From positions 4,166-68,165 of the forward strand of contig JAQWCH010000001.1 of NCBI GenBank assembly GCA_028705995.1: DNA of 64,000 nt, given 5' to 3'. Below, in pieces: positions 29,164 to 38,755 of the stretch (the stretch's first letter is position 1; every line of letters starts with the position of its first letter). Under the pieces are notes generated by a model that had not been told where the DNA came from, ran no database searches, and saw nothing but the letters and a program-made list of their open reading frames with translations. Source of the stretch: Bacilli bacterium (GTDB lineage: Bacteria; Bacillota_I; Bacilli_A; RFN20; CAG-826). The position numbers and the translations under genes were made by a program.

Positions 29164-31584
29164 TTAATAAGTGAAATAAACGTGGTGAATTCCCTCTCCA
29201 TCAAGGGGGATAATATTACCATTTATTACTTTGCCATCAACAATTAATTCGCTTTTATCATGACCAATATTTTCTATTGTAATATTGTATTGACCACCTC
29301 GATAAAACCGATTGACGACAACTTTTTTCATATCTGATGGTAGCGCTGGCGTAATTTTTAGTCCATTAAATGTTGGTATAATACCAAGAATACCTTGGCT
29401 GCTTGCCACAAATGCCCACGAGGCTGTTCCGGTTAACCAGGAGTTTTTTGCGCGGCCAAATTTAACTGATGAACGTCCAGCAATTGTTTGTGAATAAACA
29501 TATGGCTCAGTTTCATGAATCTCGCTAACATCTTCCAAATACGCTGGCGAGAAGCGTTTATACAAATCATAGGCGGCATCGTTAAAGCCATGGCGAGCAA
29601 GGGCAATTACATACCAAGGATTTGTGTGACAAAAAATCGAACCATTTTCTTTATTTCCTGGTGGATAGGAAGAAATTTCGCCAAGTTCAAGGTGATAACG
29701 CGTGTAAGCGGGTGTCAAAAGTTCAAGACCATAATCAGTTCCAAGATATTTAATCCCACACATCAGCGCTTTTTGCGGATAATTAAATTGAAGTCCAATA
29801 TTTGCTAATGAACAAAAAGCTTGCGGTTCGATATAAATCTGACCTTCTTCACATTCTTTACTACCAACTTTATGACCAAAAGCGTTGTAAGCGCGTAAAT
29901 AATATTCGCCATCCCAGCCAAATTTGATTACCGCTTGTTCGAGTTGTTTGATTTTTTCTACTACTAGTTGAGCTTGATCATGTGCGCCGTAGAGTTTGGC
30001 CATTTCAATGTAATCATGACCATAATATATAAACATTGCAGCGATAAAGATGCTTTCAGCCATTCCGTTATCAAAATTAGCTGTTGTTTGAAAACTTTCA
30101 CCAGGTGTCTTTGAAAAACAATTAAGATTAAGACAATCATTCCAATCAGCCCGGCCAATTAGTGGTAGTCCGTGTGGCCCAAGATGCTCAATTGTATAAT
30201 TAATCGATGCCTTCAAATGTTCAAAAAGCGGTTTTTCACTCCCTGGTTCGTTATCAAAAGGAACTAGTTCATTTAAAATTGAAATATCACCAGTTTCTTT
30301 AATGTAACTTGCAACGGCGGCAATAAGCCAAAGAGGATCGTCATTAAATCCGGTTCCAACATCGCCATTTCCGCGCTTTGTTAATGGTTGATATTGATGA
30401 TAGGTTGACCCATCTTTAAATTGAATTGCCGCAATATCGAGAATGCGTTCGCGCGAGCGCGTGGGTATTAAATGGACAAAGCCCAACAAATCTTGACAAG
30501 AATCGCGGAAACCCATTCCCCGTCCAGTGCCACTTTCAAAATAAGAAGCACTACGCGACATATTGAAAGTCACCATGCATTGATATTGGTTCCAAATATT
30601 GACCATGCGATTGAGTTTTTCATCGGGAGTATTGATTTGAAAGCGATTGAGTAAATGCTGCCAATATAATTTTACTTCATCAAGTGCCCGCGTCACCTTC
30701 TCTGATGTATTAAACATTTCCATCATACGATATGCTTTTTCTTTATTAATCTCATTTGGATTAATAAATTTTTCATCTTCAGCATTTTCAATATATCCAA
30801 GAACAAATATTCGCGTTATTGATTCGCCGGGAGCAAGCGTAATATCAGTGCGATGAACGGCAACTGGCGCATTGCCCGCAGCGATACTCATTCCACTGCG
30901 TCCCTCTAAAATTGTCAGTGGATTAGCAAATGAGCGATATGCCCCTAAAAAAGTATCGCGATCTGTATCAAAACCTGCATGAGGCTCATTCATATAATAA
31001 AAAGCAAAGTGATTTCTTCGTTCGCGATATTCAGTTTTGTGGTAAATCGTGTTGGCATCAATCTCGACTTCACCAATATTGAGGTTTCTTTGAAAATTCG
31101 TGTTGTCATCAATAGCATTCCACAAACACCACTCAACCGCTCCATAAAGATTAATTGATTTTTGCTTTGTGCTTTTGTTGGTAAGTTCTATTTTATGTAC
31201 TTCACAATCCGCATTTTGTGGGATAAAACAAGTGAGTAGAACATTAATATCATTTTTTGCACTTTCGAAAATCGTATAGCCAAGTCCATGGCGACAAGAA
31301 TAACGATCAAGTTCAGTTGTTGTCGGCATAAAACCGGGATTCCAAATTGTTTCCCCATCTTTAATATAGTAATAACGGCCACCAAGATCTGTTGGCACAT
31401 TATTATAACGATAACGAGTTAAGCGTCTTAGCTTGGCATCTTGATAAAACGTATAACCACCAGCTGTATTTGAGATTAGACCATAAAAGTTTTGATTACC
31501 CAAATAATTAATCCAAGGAAGTGGTGTGTGTGGAGTCGTAATTACATATTCACGCCGAAGGTCATCAAAATATCCATATTGCAT
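29164..31584 (-). CDS. GH94 disaccharide phosphorylase (cellobiose/chitobiose phosphorylase family)
   Basis: 806 aa. The N-terminus MQYGYFDDLRREYVITTPHTPLPWINYLG...RLRRLTRYRYNNVP closely resembles cellobiose phosphorylases. Substrate is not assignable by eye. Confidence 0.85.
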   Translation of the reverse strand: MQYGYFDDLRREYVITTPHTPLPWINYLGNQNFYGLISNTAGGYTFYQDAKLRRLTRYRYNNVPTDLGGRYYYIKDGETIWNPGFMPTTTELDRYSCRHGLGYTIFESAKNDINVLLTCFIPQNADCEVHKIELTNKSTKQKSINLYGAVEWCLWNAIDDNTNFQRNLNIGEVEIDANTIYHKTEYRERRNHFAFYYMNEPHAGFDTDRDTFLGAYRSFANPLTILEGRSGMSIAAGNAPVAVHRTDITLAPGESITRIFVLGYIENAEDEKFINPNEINKEKAYRMMEMFNTSEKVTRALDEVKLYWQHLLNRFQINTPDEKLNRMVNIWNQYQCMVTFNMSRSASYFESGTGRGMGFRDSCQDLLGFVHLIPTRSRERILDIAAIQFKDGSTYHQYQPLTKRGNGDVGTGFNDDPLWLIAAVASYIKETGDISILNELVPFDNEPGSEKPLFEHLKASINYTIEHLGPHGLPLIGRADWNDCLNLNCFSKTPGESFQTTANFDNGMAESIFIAAMFIYYGHDYIEMAKLYGAHDQAQLVVEKIKQLEQAVIKFGWDGEYYLRAYNAFGHKVGSKECEEGQIYIEPQAFCSLANIGLQFNYPQKALMCGIKYLGTDYGLELLTPAYTRYHLELGEISSYPPGNKENGSIFCHTNPWYVIALARHGFNDAAYDLYKRFSPAYLEDVSEIHETEPYVYSQTIAGRSSVKFGRAKNSWLTGTASWAFVASSQGILGIIPTFNGLKITPALPSDMKKVVVNRFYRGGQYNITIENIGHDKSELIVDGKVINGNIIPLDGEGIHHVYFTY

Positions 31585-31624
31585 AAAATGTCTCCTTGTT
31601 GTGATTATTTATGACGATTAATGA

Positions 31625-31636
31625 ACGAAAACGTTT
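31625..31636. promoter_or_regulatory. Candidate LacI-family operator half/core ACGAAAACGTTT upstream of the GH94 gene
   Basis: 8-bp palindromic core AAACGTTT. The same ACGAAAACG 9-mer recurs at 31849. Confidence 0.4.
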
Positions 31637-31813
31637 GAAATAAGCAAAAACATTATACAATTTGCAATAAAATATTTCAATCCAACAAGAAAAAGTTAAA
31701 AATTAATTAAAATAAGCATCAATAATAAGCGAAAATAGGCAAAAAGAGTCAAAGCACGATATATTTTTTTCTTTTTTGAAAGTTTTTGCTATAAAAAAAA
31801 TTAAACATTGGTG

Positions 31814-31842
31814 TTGACAACGATTTGTAAGCGCTTTAAAAT
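31814..31842 (+). promoter_or_regulatory. Sigma-A-type promoter of the LacI-regulator/ABC operon (-35 TTGACA, 17 nt, -10 TAAAAT)
   Basis: Perfect -35, 17-nt spacer and a good -10, located 38 nt upstream of the ATG at 31880. Confidence 0.65.
31826..31839. promoter_or_regulatory. cre-like / LacI-type palindrome TGTAAGCGCTTTAA overlapping the promoter spacer
   Basis: 12/14 match to the idealised cre TGTAAGCGCTTACA. The core AAGCGCTT is a perfect palindrome. Confidence 0.5.
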
Positions 31843-31848
31843 ATAGTC

Positions 31849-31860
31849 ACGAAAACGATT
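31849..31860. promoter_or_regulatory. Candidate operator ACGAAAACGATT just downstream of the -10
   Basis: Shares 11/12 positions with the 31625 site. It sits between the -10 and the RBS, a roadblock position. Confidence 0.4.
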
Positions 31861-31879
31861 AAGTAAACAGGAGAGCATA

Positions 31880-32923
31880 ATGGTCAAACTAAAAGACATT
31901 GCCGAAATGTGCAAAGTTTCTGTTGCGACAGTTAGTAAAGCACTCAAGGGTGATAAAGAAATTAGTAAGCACACAATTGATCTCGTACAAAAAACGGCGA
32001 AATCAATGGGCTATATTCCTAATGCTAGCGCACGCTCATTAAAAACAAATCGTTCTTATAATATTGGCATCTTGTTTATTGATGAAGCGAACTCCGGTTT
32101 AAAACATGAATATTTTTCAGCAATTCTTAATGCATTTAAAGTCAATGCTGAATCACGTGGCTATGATATTACTTTTATTAGTGAAAGTTTGAAAAACTAC
32201 ACTTCTTATTATGAACATGCGCGTTATCGCAATGTTGATGGTGTTGTAATTGCCTGTGTCGATTTCAAAGATCCCGAGGTGATTCGCCTAGTCGAAAGTG
32301 AAGTTCCCACTGTGACAATTGACTACGTTTATAACAACTCCACTGCCATTATGAGTGATAATGCCCATGGTGTTGAAGAACTGGTGCGATATGCTTATGA
32401 ATTAGGTCATCGTCAGATTGCTTTTATCACTGGCGAAGCTGATAAAGATGTTACAAAAAAACGTCTTGCGGGTTTTTACAAAACAACTGCCGAACTAAAA
32501 TTAAATGTCCCACTCGAATATATAAAACACGCACGTTACATTACCCCAGGTCCTTCTGGCCTTATGACTCGTGAATTACTTGCATTACCAGTTGAAAAAC
32601 GTCCAACTTGTATTCTATATCCTGACGATTATGCGATTCTTGCCGGTATCACAGAGATTGAAAAGCACGGATTAACAGTAGGTAAAGATATCTCAATTGC
32701 TGGTTATGATGGTAGCAACTTATCTAAACTATTTCGTCCAATATTAACGACATATAAACAAAACACTGAAGAAATTGGTCGTCTTGCAAGTGAAAAACTC
32801 ATCGATTTAATTGAAAACCCCCGCCTATTTATCCCCGAACAATTAATTGTTTCCGGAGAAATTCAAAAAGGCAGTACAATTTTGGCTTTAATTGATGCTA
32901 GGGAAGCATCAAAAAGTATATAA
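31880..32923 (+). CDS. LacI family transcriptional regulator
   Basis: N-terminal HTH VKLKDIAEMCKVSVATVSKALKG followed by a periplasmic-binding-protein-like sugar-binding domain. 347 aa. Confidence 0.9.
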   Translation: MVKLKDIAEMCKVSVATVSKALKGDKEISKHTIDLVQKTAKSMGYIPNASARSLKTNRSYNIGILFIDEANSGLKHEYFSAILNAFKVNAESRGYDITFISESLKNYTSYYEHARYRNVDGVVIACVDFKDPEVIRLVESEVPTVTIDYVYNNSTAIMSDNAHGVEELVRYAYELGHRQIAFITGEADKDVTKKRLAGFYKTTAELKLNVPLEYIKHARYITPGPSGLMTRELLALPVEKRPTCILYPDDYAILAGITEIEKHGLTVGKDISIAGYDGSNLSKLFRPILTTYKQNTEEIGRLASEKLIDLIENPRLFIPEQLIVSGEIQKGSTILALIDAREASKSI

Positions 32924-32950
32924 GTGCAATTCACTTGAAGGGAGATAAAA

Positions 32951-34318
32951 ATGCACAAGAAAAGTTTCTACAAAGCAGTCGTCTTTGCGCTTCCGCTTGC
33001 AGCCTTAGCGGGTTGTGGTGGTGGTGGAGCTACTGTGTCCGATGGTGGCGCAGTGCTCAACATTTATTGCTGGAATGATGAATTCCAATCTAGGTTTAGA
33101 GACTATTATCCAGATTATGTTTCCACGAACAAGGCTGGAGATATTGACACCTTAGAAGATGGCACTTTAGTCAAATGGACAATGGTTGCCAACCAAGGTA
33201 GTGCTTATCAGGATGCCCTTGATAACGCTTTGCAAAATCGTGGTTCAGCGGCTAAGGATGATCAGATTGACATGTTCTTGATGGAAGCTGATTATGCCTT
33301 AAAATACGCGAATTCTGATTATACTCTTGATGTTATCAAGGACATTGGTTTAACCACAGCAGATATGGCTAACCAATATCAGTATACCAAGGATATCGTC
33401 ACTGATGAAGATGGTGCAATTAAAGGCTCATCATGGCAAGCGACCCCAGGTCTTTATGCCTATCGTCGTGACATCGCTCTTGAAGTTCTTGGAACTGAAG
33501 ATCCAACTGCAGTTCAAGCTGAATTAAGTGACTGGACAAAGTTTGACGCTGTTGCTGAAGATATGCACACTGCTGGATATAAAATGTTGTCTGGTTTCGA
33601 CGATGCTTATCGGACGTTCTCCAATAATGTGTCAGCTCCATGGGTTGATGCGAACAAGAAAATCGTTCTTGATCAAAACATTCTCAATTGGATTGAACAA
33701 ACAAAAGATTACACAGACAAAGGTTATAATAATCAAACCTCACTTTGGTCCGCCGAGTGGTCAGCTGATCAAGGACCAGAAGGTGAAGTATTCGGTTTCT
33801 TCTACTCCACATGGGGAATCAACTTCACATTACTTGGTAACTCCTTAGCCGATCCTGATGGCGAAAAAGTTGAAGGCAACGGACACTTTGGTGATTGGGC
33901 AGTTTGCCAAGGACCAGAAAGTTATTACTGGGGTGGCACCTGGATTGCTGGTGTTGATGGCACCGACAATATCAGTTTAGTTAAAGATATTATGCTTGAA
34001 TTAACTTGTGATAAAGAAATCATGAAGCAAATTACTCTTGATACTGAAGATTTCACCAATCATAAAGCTGGTATGCAAGAAATTGCTGATGATCCAGAAT
34101 ACGGTAGTGCTTTCTTAGGTGGACAAAACCACGTCGCATTATTTGTTGAAAGTGCTGATCGAATTGATATGAGTAACATTTCACCTTACGATCAAGGTCT
34201 TAACGAAGGAATTCAAACCGCCATGCGCGATTACTTCCTAGGAACTGTTACTTATGAAGTTGCATTAGACAACTTCTACGATGCCGCGTTGACTAAGTAC
34301 CCAGCATTAAGTCGCTAA
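32951..34318 (+). CDS. Carbohydrate ABC transporter substrate-binding lipoprotein (CUT1-type)
   Basis: Lipobox LAALAGC followed by a Gly-rich linker. 455 aa, directly upstream of two MalF/MalG-type permease genes. Confidence 0.8.
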   Translation: MHKKSFYKAVVFALPLAALAGCGGGGATVSDGGAVLNIYCWNDEFQSRFRDYYPDYVSTNKAGDIDTLEDGTLVKWTMVANQGSAYQDALDNALQNRGSAAKDDQIDMFLMEADYALKYANSDYTLDVIKDIGLTTADMANQYQYTKDIVTDEDGAIKGSSWQATPGLYAYRRDIALEVLGTEDPTAVQAELSDWTKFDAVAEDMHTAGYKMLSGFDDAYRTFSNNVSAPWVDANKKIVLDQNILNWIEQTKDYTDKGYNNQTSLWSAEWSADQGPEGEVFGFFYSTWGINFTLLGNSLADPDGEKVEGNGHFGDWAVCQGPESYYWGGTWIAGVDGTDNISLVKDIMLELTCDKEIMKQITLDTEDFTNHKAGMQEIADDPEYGSAFLGGQNHVALFVESADRIDMSNISPYDQGLNEGIQTAMRDYFLGTVTYEVALDNFYDAALTKYPALSR

Positions 34319-34339
34319 TTATTGAGATCAAAAAAGTGT

Positions 34340-34363
34340 GTCTCCCCAGTTCGCTGGGGAGAC
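34340..34363 (+). other. GC-rich intercistronic stem-loop (10-bp stem, TTCG loop) without U-tract
   Basis: GTCTCCCCAG-TTCG-CTGGGGAGAC between the binding-protein and permease genes. Confidence 0.8.
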
Positions 34364-34393
34364 CACTATTAATTATGGCAAGGATGGTCATTT

Positions 34394-35416
34394 ATGCCGG
34401 AAAAGAAATCAAAGAAAGTAAAGCAAAATATCTATGCAAAATGGGGATATTTATTTATCGCACCATTTTTTCTTGTTTTTACTTTGTTTACTTTGGTTCC
34501 TTTATTATCAACCTTTTTTTATTCATTTTTTGAATACTATTCGGACAATTTAGATGTAGTTGGTCCAAACTTTGTTGGTTTACAAAATTATTTTCGTCTT
34601 TTCCAAGAAGGACGGATGTTTCGTTATTTTGGTAACACTTTTGTCATTTGGATTTTGGGATTTGTCCCACAAATCATTCTTTCTTTATTGCTTGCCGTCT
34701 GGTTTACCGACATTCGCTTGAAATTACGCGGATTACGGTTTTGGAAAACGATTATTTACATGCCAAATCTTGTTATGGCAAGCGCTTTTGGGATGTTGTT
34801 TTTAACTTTATTTGCCCAAAATGGTCCAATTCTTTCTTTCCTATTTGAAATTGGAGCTTTGCCGGAAACATTTACAATTGATTCTAGTGTTTGGGGAACA
34901 CGTGGGGTAATTGCCTTTATTAATTTCCTCATGTGGTTTGGTAATACAACATTACTATTAATGGCGGGTGTCATGGGAATTGATAATGAAATATACGAAG
35001 CGGCGGCAGTTGATGGAAGTGGGGCTTTTCGGACATTTTTTCAAATTACAATGCCGTTATTAATGCCAATATTCATTTATGTTTTTATTACTTCGTTGAT
35101 TGGTGGTATTCAACTATTCGATGTCGCGCAAATATTTACACGCGGAAGTGGTAATCCGAATACAACATCAACAACTTTAATTATGTATTTGAATCAATTA
35201 ATCGTGCCATCGAAGAACTACGGCATGGGTGGTGCTTTCTCGACAATTCTGTTTATTGTCACACTTGGTTTAAGTTCAATCGTATTCCGTTATTTAGTTC
35301 CACAAACCACAAGCAAAAAGCAAAAAGCAGGAAGAGTAAAAGATGAAAACCGCTATTTACCGATGAATTTACGGCAATTTAAAAAAGAAAATCGTGATGG
35401 TGAAGTACATGAATAA
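34394..35416 (+). CDS. Sugar ABC transporter permease (MalF/UgpA-like)
   Basis: Six-TM permease with an EAA-type loop (EAAAVDGSGAFRTFFQITMP). Confidence 0.9.
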   Translation: MPEKKSKKVKQNIYAKWGYLFIAPFFLVFTLFTLVPLLSTFFYSFFEYYSDNLDVVGPNFVGLQNYFRLFQEGRMFRYFGNTFVIWILGFVPQIILSLLLAVWFTDIRLKLRGLRFWKTIIYMPNLVMASAFGMLFLTLFAQNGPILSFLFEIGALPETFTIDSSVWGTRGVIAFINFLMWFGNTTLLLMAGVMGIDNEIYEAAAVDGSGAFRTFFQITMPLLMPIFIYVFITSLIGGIQLFDVAQIFTRGSGNPNTTSTTLIMYLNQLIVPSKNYGMGGAFSTILFIVTLGLSSIVFRYLVPQTTSKKQKAGRVKDENRYLPMNLRQFKKENRDGEVHE

Positions 35417-36323
35417 AACAATGAATAGCGAAATGAAAAATATATCACAACCGATTAATAATAAGACCAAAAAGCAAAAAAGTATTAAACGTTCCTTATT
35501 GATTAAACGCATTTTAATTTATGCGGTTTTAATATTCATTACTTTTCTTTGTATCATTCCGTTTTACATCATGATTATCAATGCCACACGCGCTTCGCCA
35601 CAAATTCAACAAGGATTTTCATTTATACCTGGCGATCAGTTAGTTAATAACTGGAATTCAATGATGAGTATGTCAAGTATTCAAGTTGGTCGCGCTGTTC
35701 GCAATTCTTTATTAATTTCTTCAATTACTTCATTTTTGACTACATACTTCTCGGCGTTAACCGCTTATAGCATCTTTATGTATCGCTTTAAAGGTCGTAA
35801 TTTTGCCTTTATGTTTATTCTTTTTGTGATGATGATTCCCAACCAAATTTCGGCCCTCGGATTAGTTGCAATTGCTTATAAAATCAACATGGTGAATACG
35901 ATAATTCCGCTTGTTATACCGGCGATTGCTTCCCCAGTTACCTTTTTCTATATTAAGCAATACATGGAAAGTGTGCTTAATAAAGAACTGATTGAATCAG
36001 CACGCATTGATGGCGCAGGTGAAATACGTATATTTCATCGGATGGTTTTACCGATTATGAAGCCAGCGCTCGCTGTCCAATTCATTTTCGCCTTTGTTTC
36101 TTCATGGAATAATTTCTTTCTTCCATCATTAATTTTAACTGACGCAAGTTATCAAACAATTCCCTTAATTTTTAATTTACTACGGTCAAGTAATCCAGCT
36201 ACGTTTGATTTAGGTCTTATTTACATGTTGCTAACGGTAGCCATTTTACCATTACTTGTTGTCTATCTTTTATTTTCAAAAATGATTATCAGCGGACTAA
36301 CCGCAGGAAGTGTTAAAGGCTAA
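35409..36323 (+). CDS. Sugar ABC transporter permease (MalG/UgpE-like)
   Basis: EAA loop ESARIDGAGEIRIFHRMVLP. The start is ambiguous (GTG 35394, ATG 35397, 35409 or 35421) and overlaps the upstream permease stop. Confidence 0.85.
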   Translation: MNKTMNSEMKNISQPINNKTKKQKSIKRSLLIKRILIYAVLIFITFLCIIPFYIMIINATRASPQIQQGFSFIPGDQLVNNWNSMMSMSSIQVGRAVRNSLLISSITSFLTTYFSALTAYSIFMYRFKGRNFAFMFILFVMMIPNQISALGLVAIAYKINMVNTIIPLVIPAIASPVTFFYIKQYMESVLNKELIESARIDGAGEIRIFHRMVLPIMKPALAVQFIFAFVSSWNNFFLPSLILTDASYQTIPLIFNLLRSSNPATFDLGLIYMLLTVAILPLLVVYLLFSKMIISGLTAGSVKG

Positions 36324-36393
36324 TAATTTGCCACTTGGCTTCGTGCGGTAATTTCACTCCTTTGCCGCTCGGAGCACCGAATGAGGACGAACA

Positions 36394-37737
36394 ATGCAAA
36401 ACTTTTTTTGGGGCACCGCAACATCCGCATTTCAAATTGAAGGTGGCCATAATATAGATGGTCGGAGTCCTTCAATTTGGGATGTTTTTAGTTTACAAAA
36501 TGGGCGCATCAAAAATCATGATGATGGACGTAATGGGATAAATCATTATAAAACATATCAAAATGATCTCACGCATTTAGCGAAACTTGGAGTTAATAGT
36601 TACCGCTTTTCTCTTTCATGGAGTCGCATAATTCCAACGCTTAATGGCGAAGTCAATAAAAGTGGATTAGCATTTTATGATCGAATTCTCGATGAATTGG
36701 AAAAATACAAAATTACCCCGTTTATTACTCTATATCACTGGGATTTACCGCAATATCTACAAGATATCGGCGGCTGGCTTAATCCGAAAACGGTCGAAGC
36801 ATTCGCGCATTATGTTGCAGTTGTTGTGCAACATTTTGGTTCCCGGTGCTTACATTACATCACCTTAAATGAACCACAATGCATCGTAAATCTCGGACAT
36901 CGAACACTAGAACATGCCCCTGGTATTTACTTGAGCGATGAGCAAACGGTAAAAATCGTTCATCATTTGCTGCTCGCCCATGGACATGCGGTTACAGTAA
37001 TCCGCAAATTAAATGTAGGGGCAACTGTTGGAATTGCAAACACATCGACAGTGGCAATACCTGTAGCAAATACCAGCACCAATATTGAATTAGCACGGCG
37101 TCACTATTTTTCATTAGAACGTGGCCGTTTTGATCAAGTAACACTGTTTAGTGATCCAGTTTTTCTGGGGCGTTATCCTCAGGAATTCATTGAATTTTAC
37201 GAACAATTTTTACCTGAGAACTATAAAAAAGATCTTGAAATTATTAGTCAAGATATTGAGTATTGTTATCAGAATTTTTACACCGGCTACTTCATCGCGG
37301 AAGATAAGGCCGGAAATATGAAAATTTTGCCTTATACTAACGAAAATTATACTGGCGTTTTTCCGTGGCTACACTATGTGCCTGAAACGCTTTATTATGG
37401 CCCAAAATTTCTTTTTGAACGCTATCAAAAACCGATTATCATCTCGGAAAACGGAATATCTGTTGTCGATAAAGTGACATCTGATAAAAAAGTCCATGAT
37501 GTATGGCGCATCAAATATTTTTCTGACTATATAAGTGCTTTGCTTAAAATCAAAAAAGAAGGAGTTCCAGTTTTAGGCTATTTCGCTTGGTCATTATTTG
37601 ATAACTTTGAATGGGCTTGGGGGTATCAACCCCGGTTTGGTTTGATTTACATTGACTACTTAACACAAGAGCGGATATATAAAGATTCATTTTATTTTTA
37701 TCAAAACCTGATTAAAACAAAGATGGAGAAAATATAA
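36394..37737 (+). CDS. GH1 beta-glucosidase
   Basis: Acid/base motif TLNEP and nucleophile motif ISENG. N-terminal FFWGTATSAFQIEG. 447 aa. Confidence 0.9.
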   Translation: MQNFFWGTATSAFQIEGGHNIDGRSPSIWDVFSLQNGRIKNHDDGRNGINHYKTYQNDLTHLAKLGVNSYRFSLSWSRIIPTLNGEVNKSGLAFYDRILDELEKYKITPFITLYHWDLPQYLQDIGGWLNPKTVEAFAHYVAVVVQHFGSRCLHYITLNEPQCIVNLGHRTLEHAPGIYLSDEQTVKIVHHLLLAHGHAVTVIRKLNVGATVGIANTSTVAIPVANTSTNIELARRHYFSLERGRFDQVTLFSDPVFLGRYPQEFIEFYEQFLPENYKKDLEIISQDIEYCYQNFYTGYFIAEDKAGNMKILPYTNENYTGVFPWLHYVPETLYYGPKFLFERYQKPIIISENGISVVDKVTSDKKVHDVWRIKYFSDYISALLKIKKEGVPVLGYFAWSLFDNFEWAWGYQPRFGLIYIDYLTQERIYKDSFYFYQNLIKTKMEKI

Positions 37738-38735
37738 TGAGTGAATTAATCAAGGTAAAAAACCGACTAGGAATGGAAGTAACTTTTTCGCCAATAGGAG
37801 CATCAATTTTTGATATTAAAATTCCGACAAAAAACGGCAATATTTCAGTTACGGTTCATCCACAAAATGTTGCAGAGTTTAATGTTTCAACTGGTCATTT
37901 TGGTAAAACCATTGGTCGAAACGCTGGAAGAATACGTCATGGGAAATTTGTTATCAACAAGCAAGAGTATCAAATTGGAGCCGGCGAAAGCGCGGGCTTA
38001 CATGGTGGTAATGATGGGCTCTCATTTAAAGAATTTAATTTTGCCCAACACACGAATATGTTTGCAACTATTATTATATTTTCTTACCTAAGTCCGCATC
38101 TTGAAAGCGGGTTTCCTGGGAACGCGCATATTCAAGTCACATATCAAATTCCGCATCTTATCAATCGAATTGATATTGTTTATCACGCTTTTTCTAATCA
38201 AGATACAATTATGAATTTATCTAATCACGTCTATTGGAATCTGAATGGTGATGACGATATACTCAATCATTTATTAGGTATCAAAGCTTTAAAATTTGCT
38301 GAAGTAGATGAATGCTTATGTCCAAAATCAATTTGCCCGGTCTCACAAGTTATGGATTTTCGGCAACTACATAAAGTTGGCGATTACATAAAAAATCCGT
38401 ATTTAACTCCAACAGATGGCTACAATCATCCGTACATTCTTAATCCTGATGAAAAAGAAGTGCGACCAGTCGCTCAACTTATTGGTGATAAAAGTCACAT
38501 TACGATGACTCTTTATAGCGATTATCCAATTTTAATTTTTTATAGTGGTAATGTTGCAAGTTTAGACATTACAAACCACCATACACCATTTTTAAAACAC
38601 CAAGGATTAGCTCTTGAATGTCAATATTTACCAAATGCGATGAACAATGCATTTGATCAAGAAAAGACCGGCATTTTACCAGCTGAAACAAATTATCATC
38701 AGCAGATCACCTATCTTTTTTCATCGCTTGAATAG
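37737..38735 (+). CDS. galM: Aldose 1-epimerase (mutarotase)
   Basis: 332 aa. GLHGG and the GFPGN..V.V.Y pattern typical of galactose mutarotase-like proteins. TAATG overlap with the GH1 gene. Confidence 0.75.
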   Translation: MSELIKVKNRLGMEVTFSPIGASIFDIKIPTKNGNISVTVHPQNVAEFNVSTGHFGKTIGRNAGRIRHGKFVINKQEYQIGAGESAGLHGGNDGLSFKEFNFAQHTNMFATIIIFSYLSPHLESGFPGNAHIQVTYQIPHLINRIDIVYHAFSNQDTIMNLSNHVYWNLNGDDDILNHLLGIKALKFAEVDECLCPKSICPVSQVMDFRQLHKVGDYIKNPYLTPTDGYNHPYILNPDEKEVRPVAQLIGDKSHITMTLYSDYPILIFYSGNVASLDITNHHTPFLKHQGLALECQYLPNAMNNAFDQEKTGILPAETNYHQQITYLFSSLE

Positions 38736-38755
38736 GCATCTAGAAGAAGAAACAT

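Noticed and set aside
34336-34533. A 65-aa ORF spans the intercistronic hairpin and the start of the first permease gene.
   Set aside because: It overlaps the GC-rich stem-loop and is out of frame with the permease CDS, which starts at 34394 after a plausible RBS. It is a shadow ORF.
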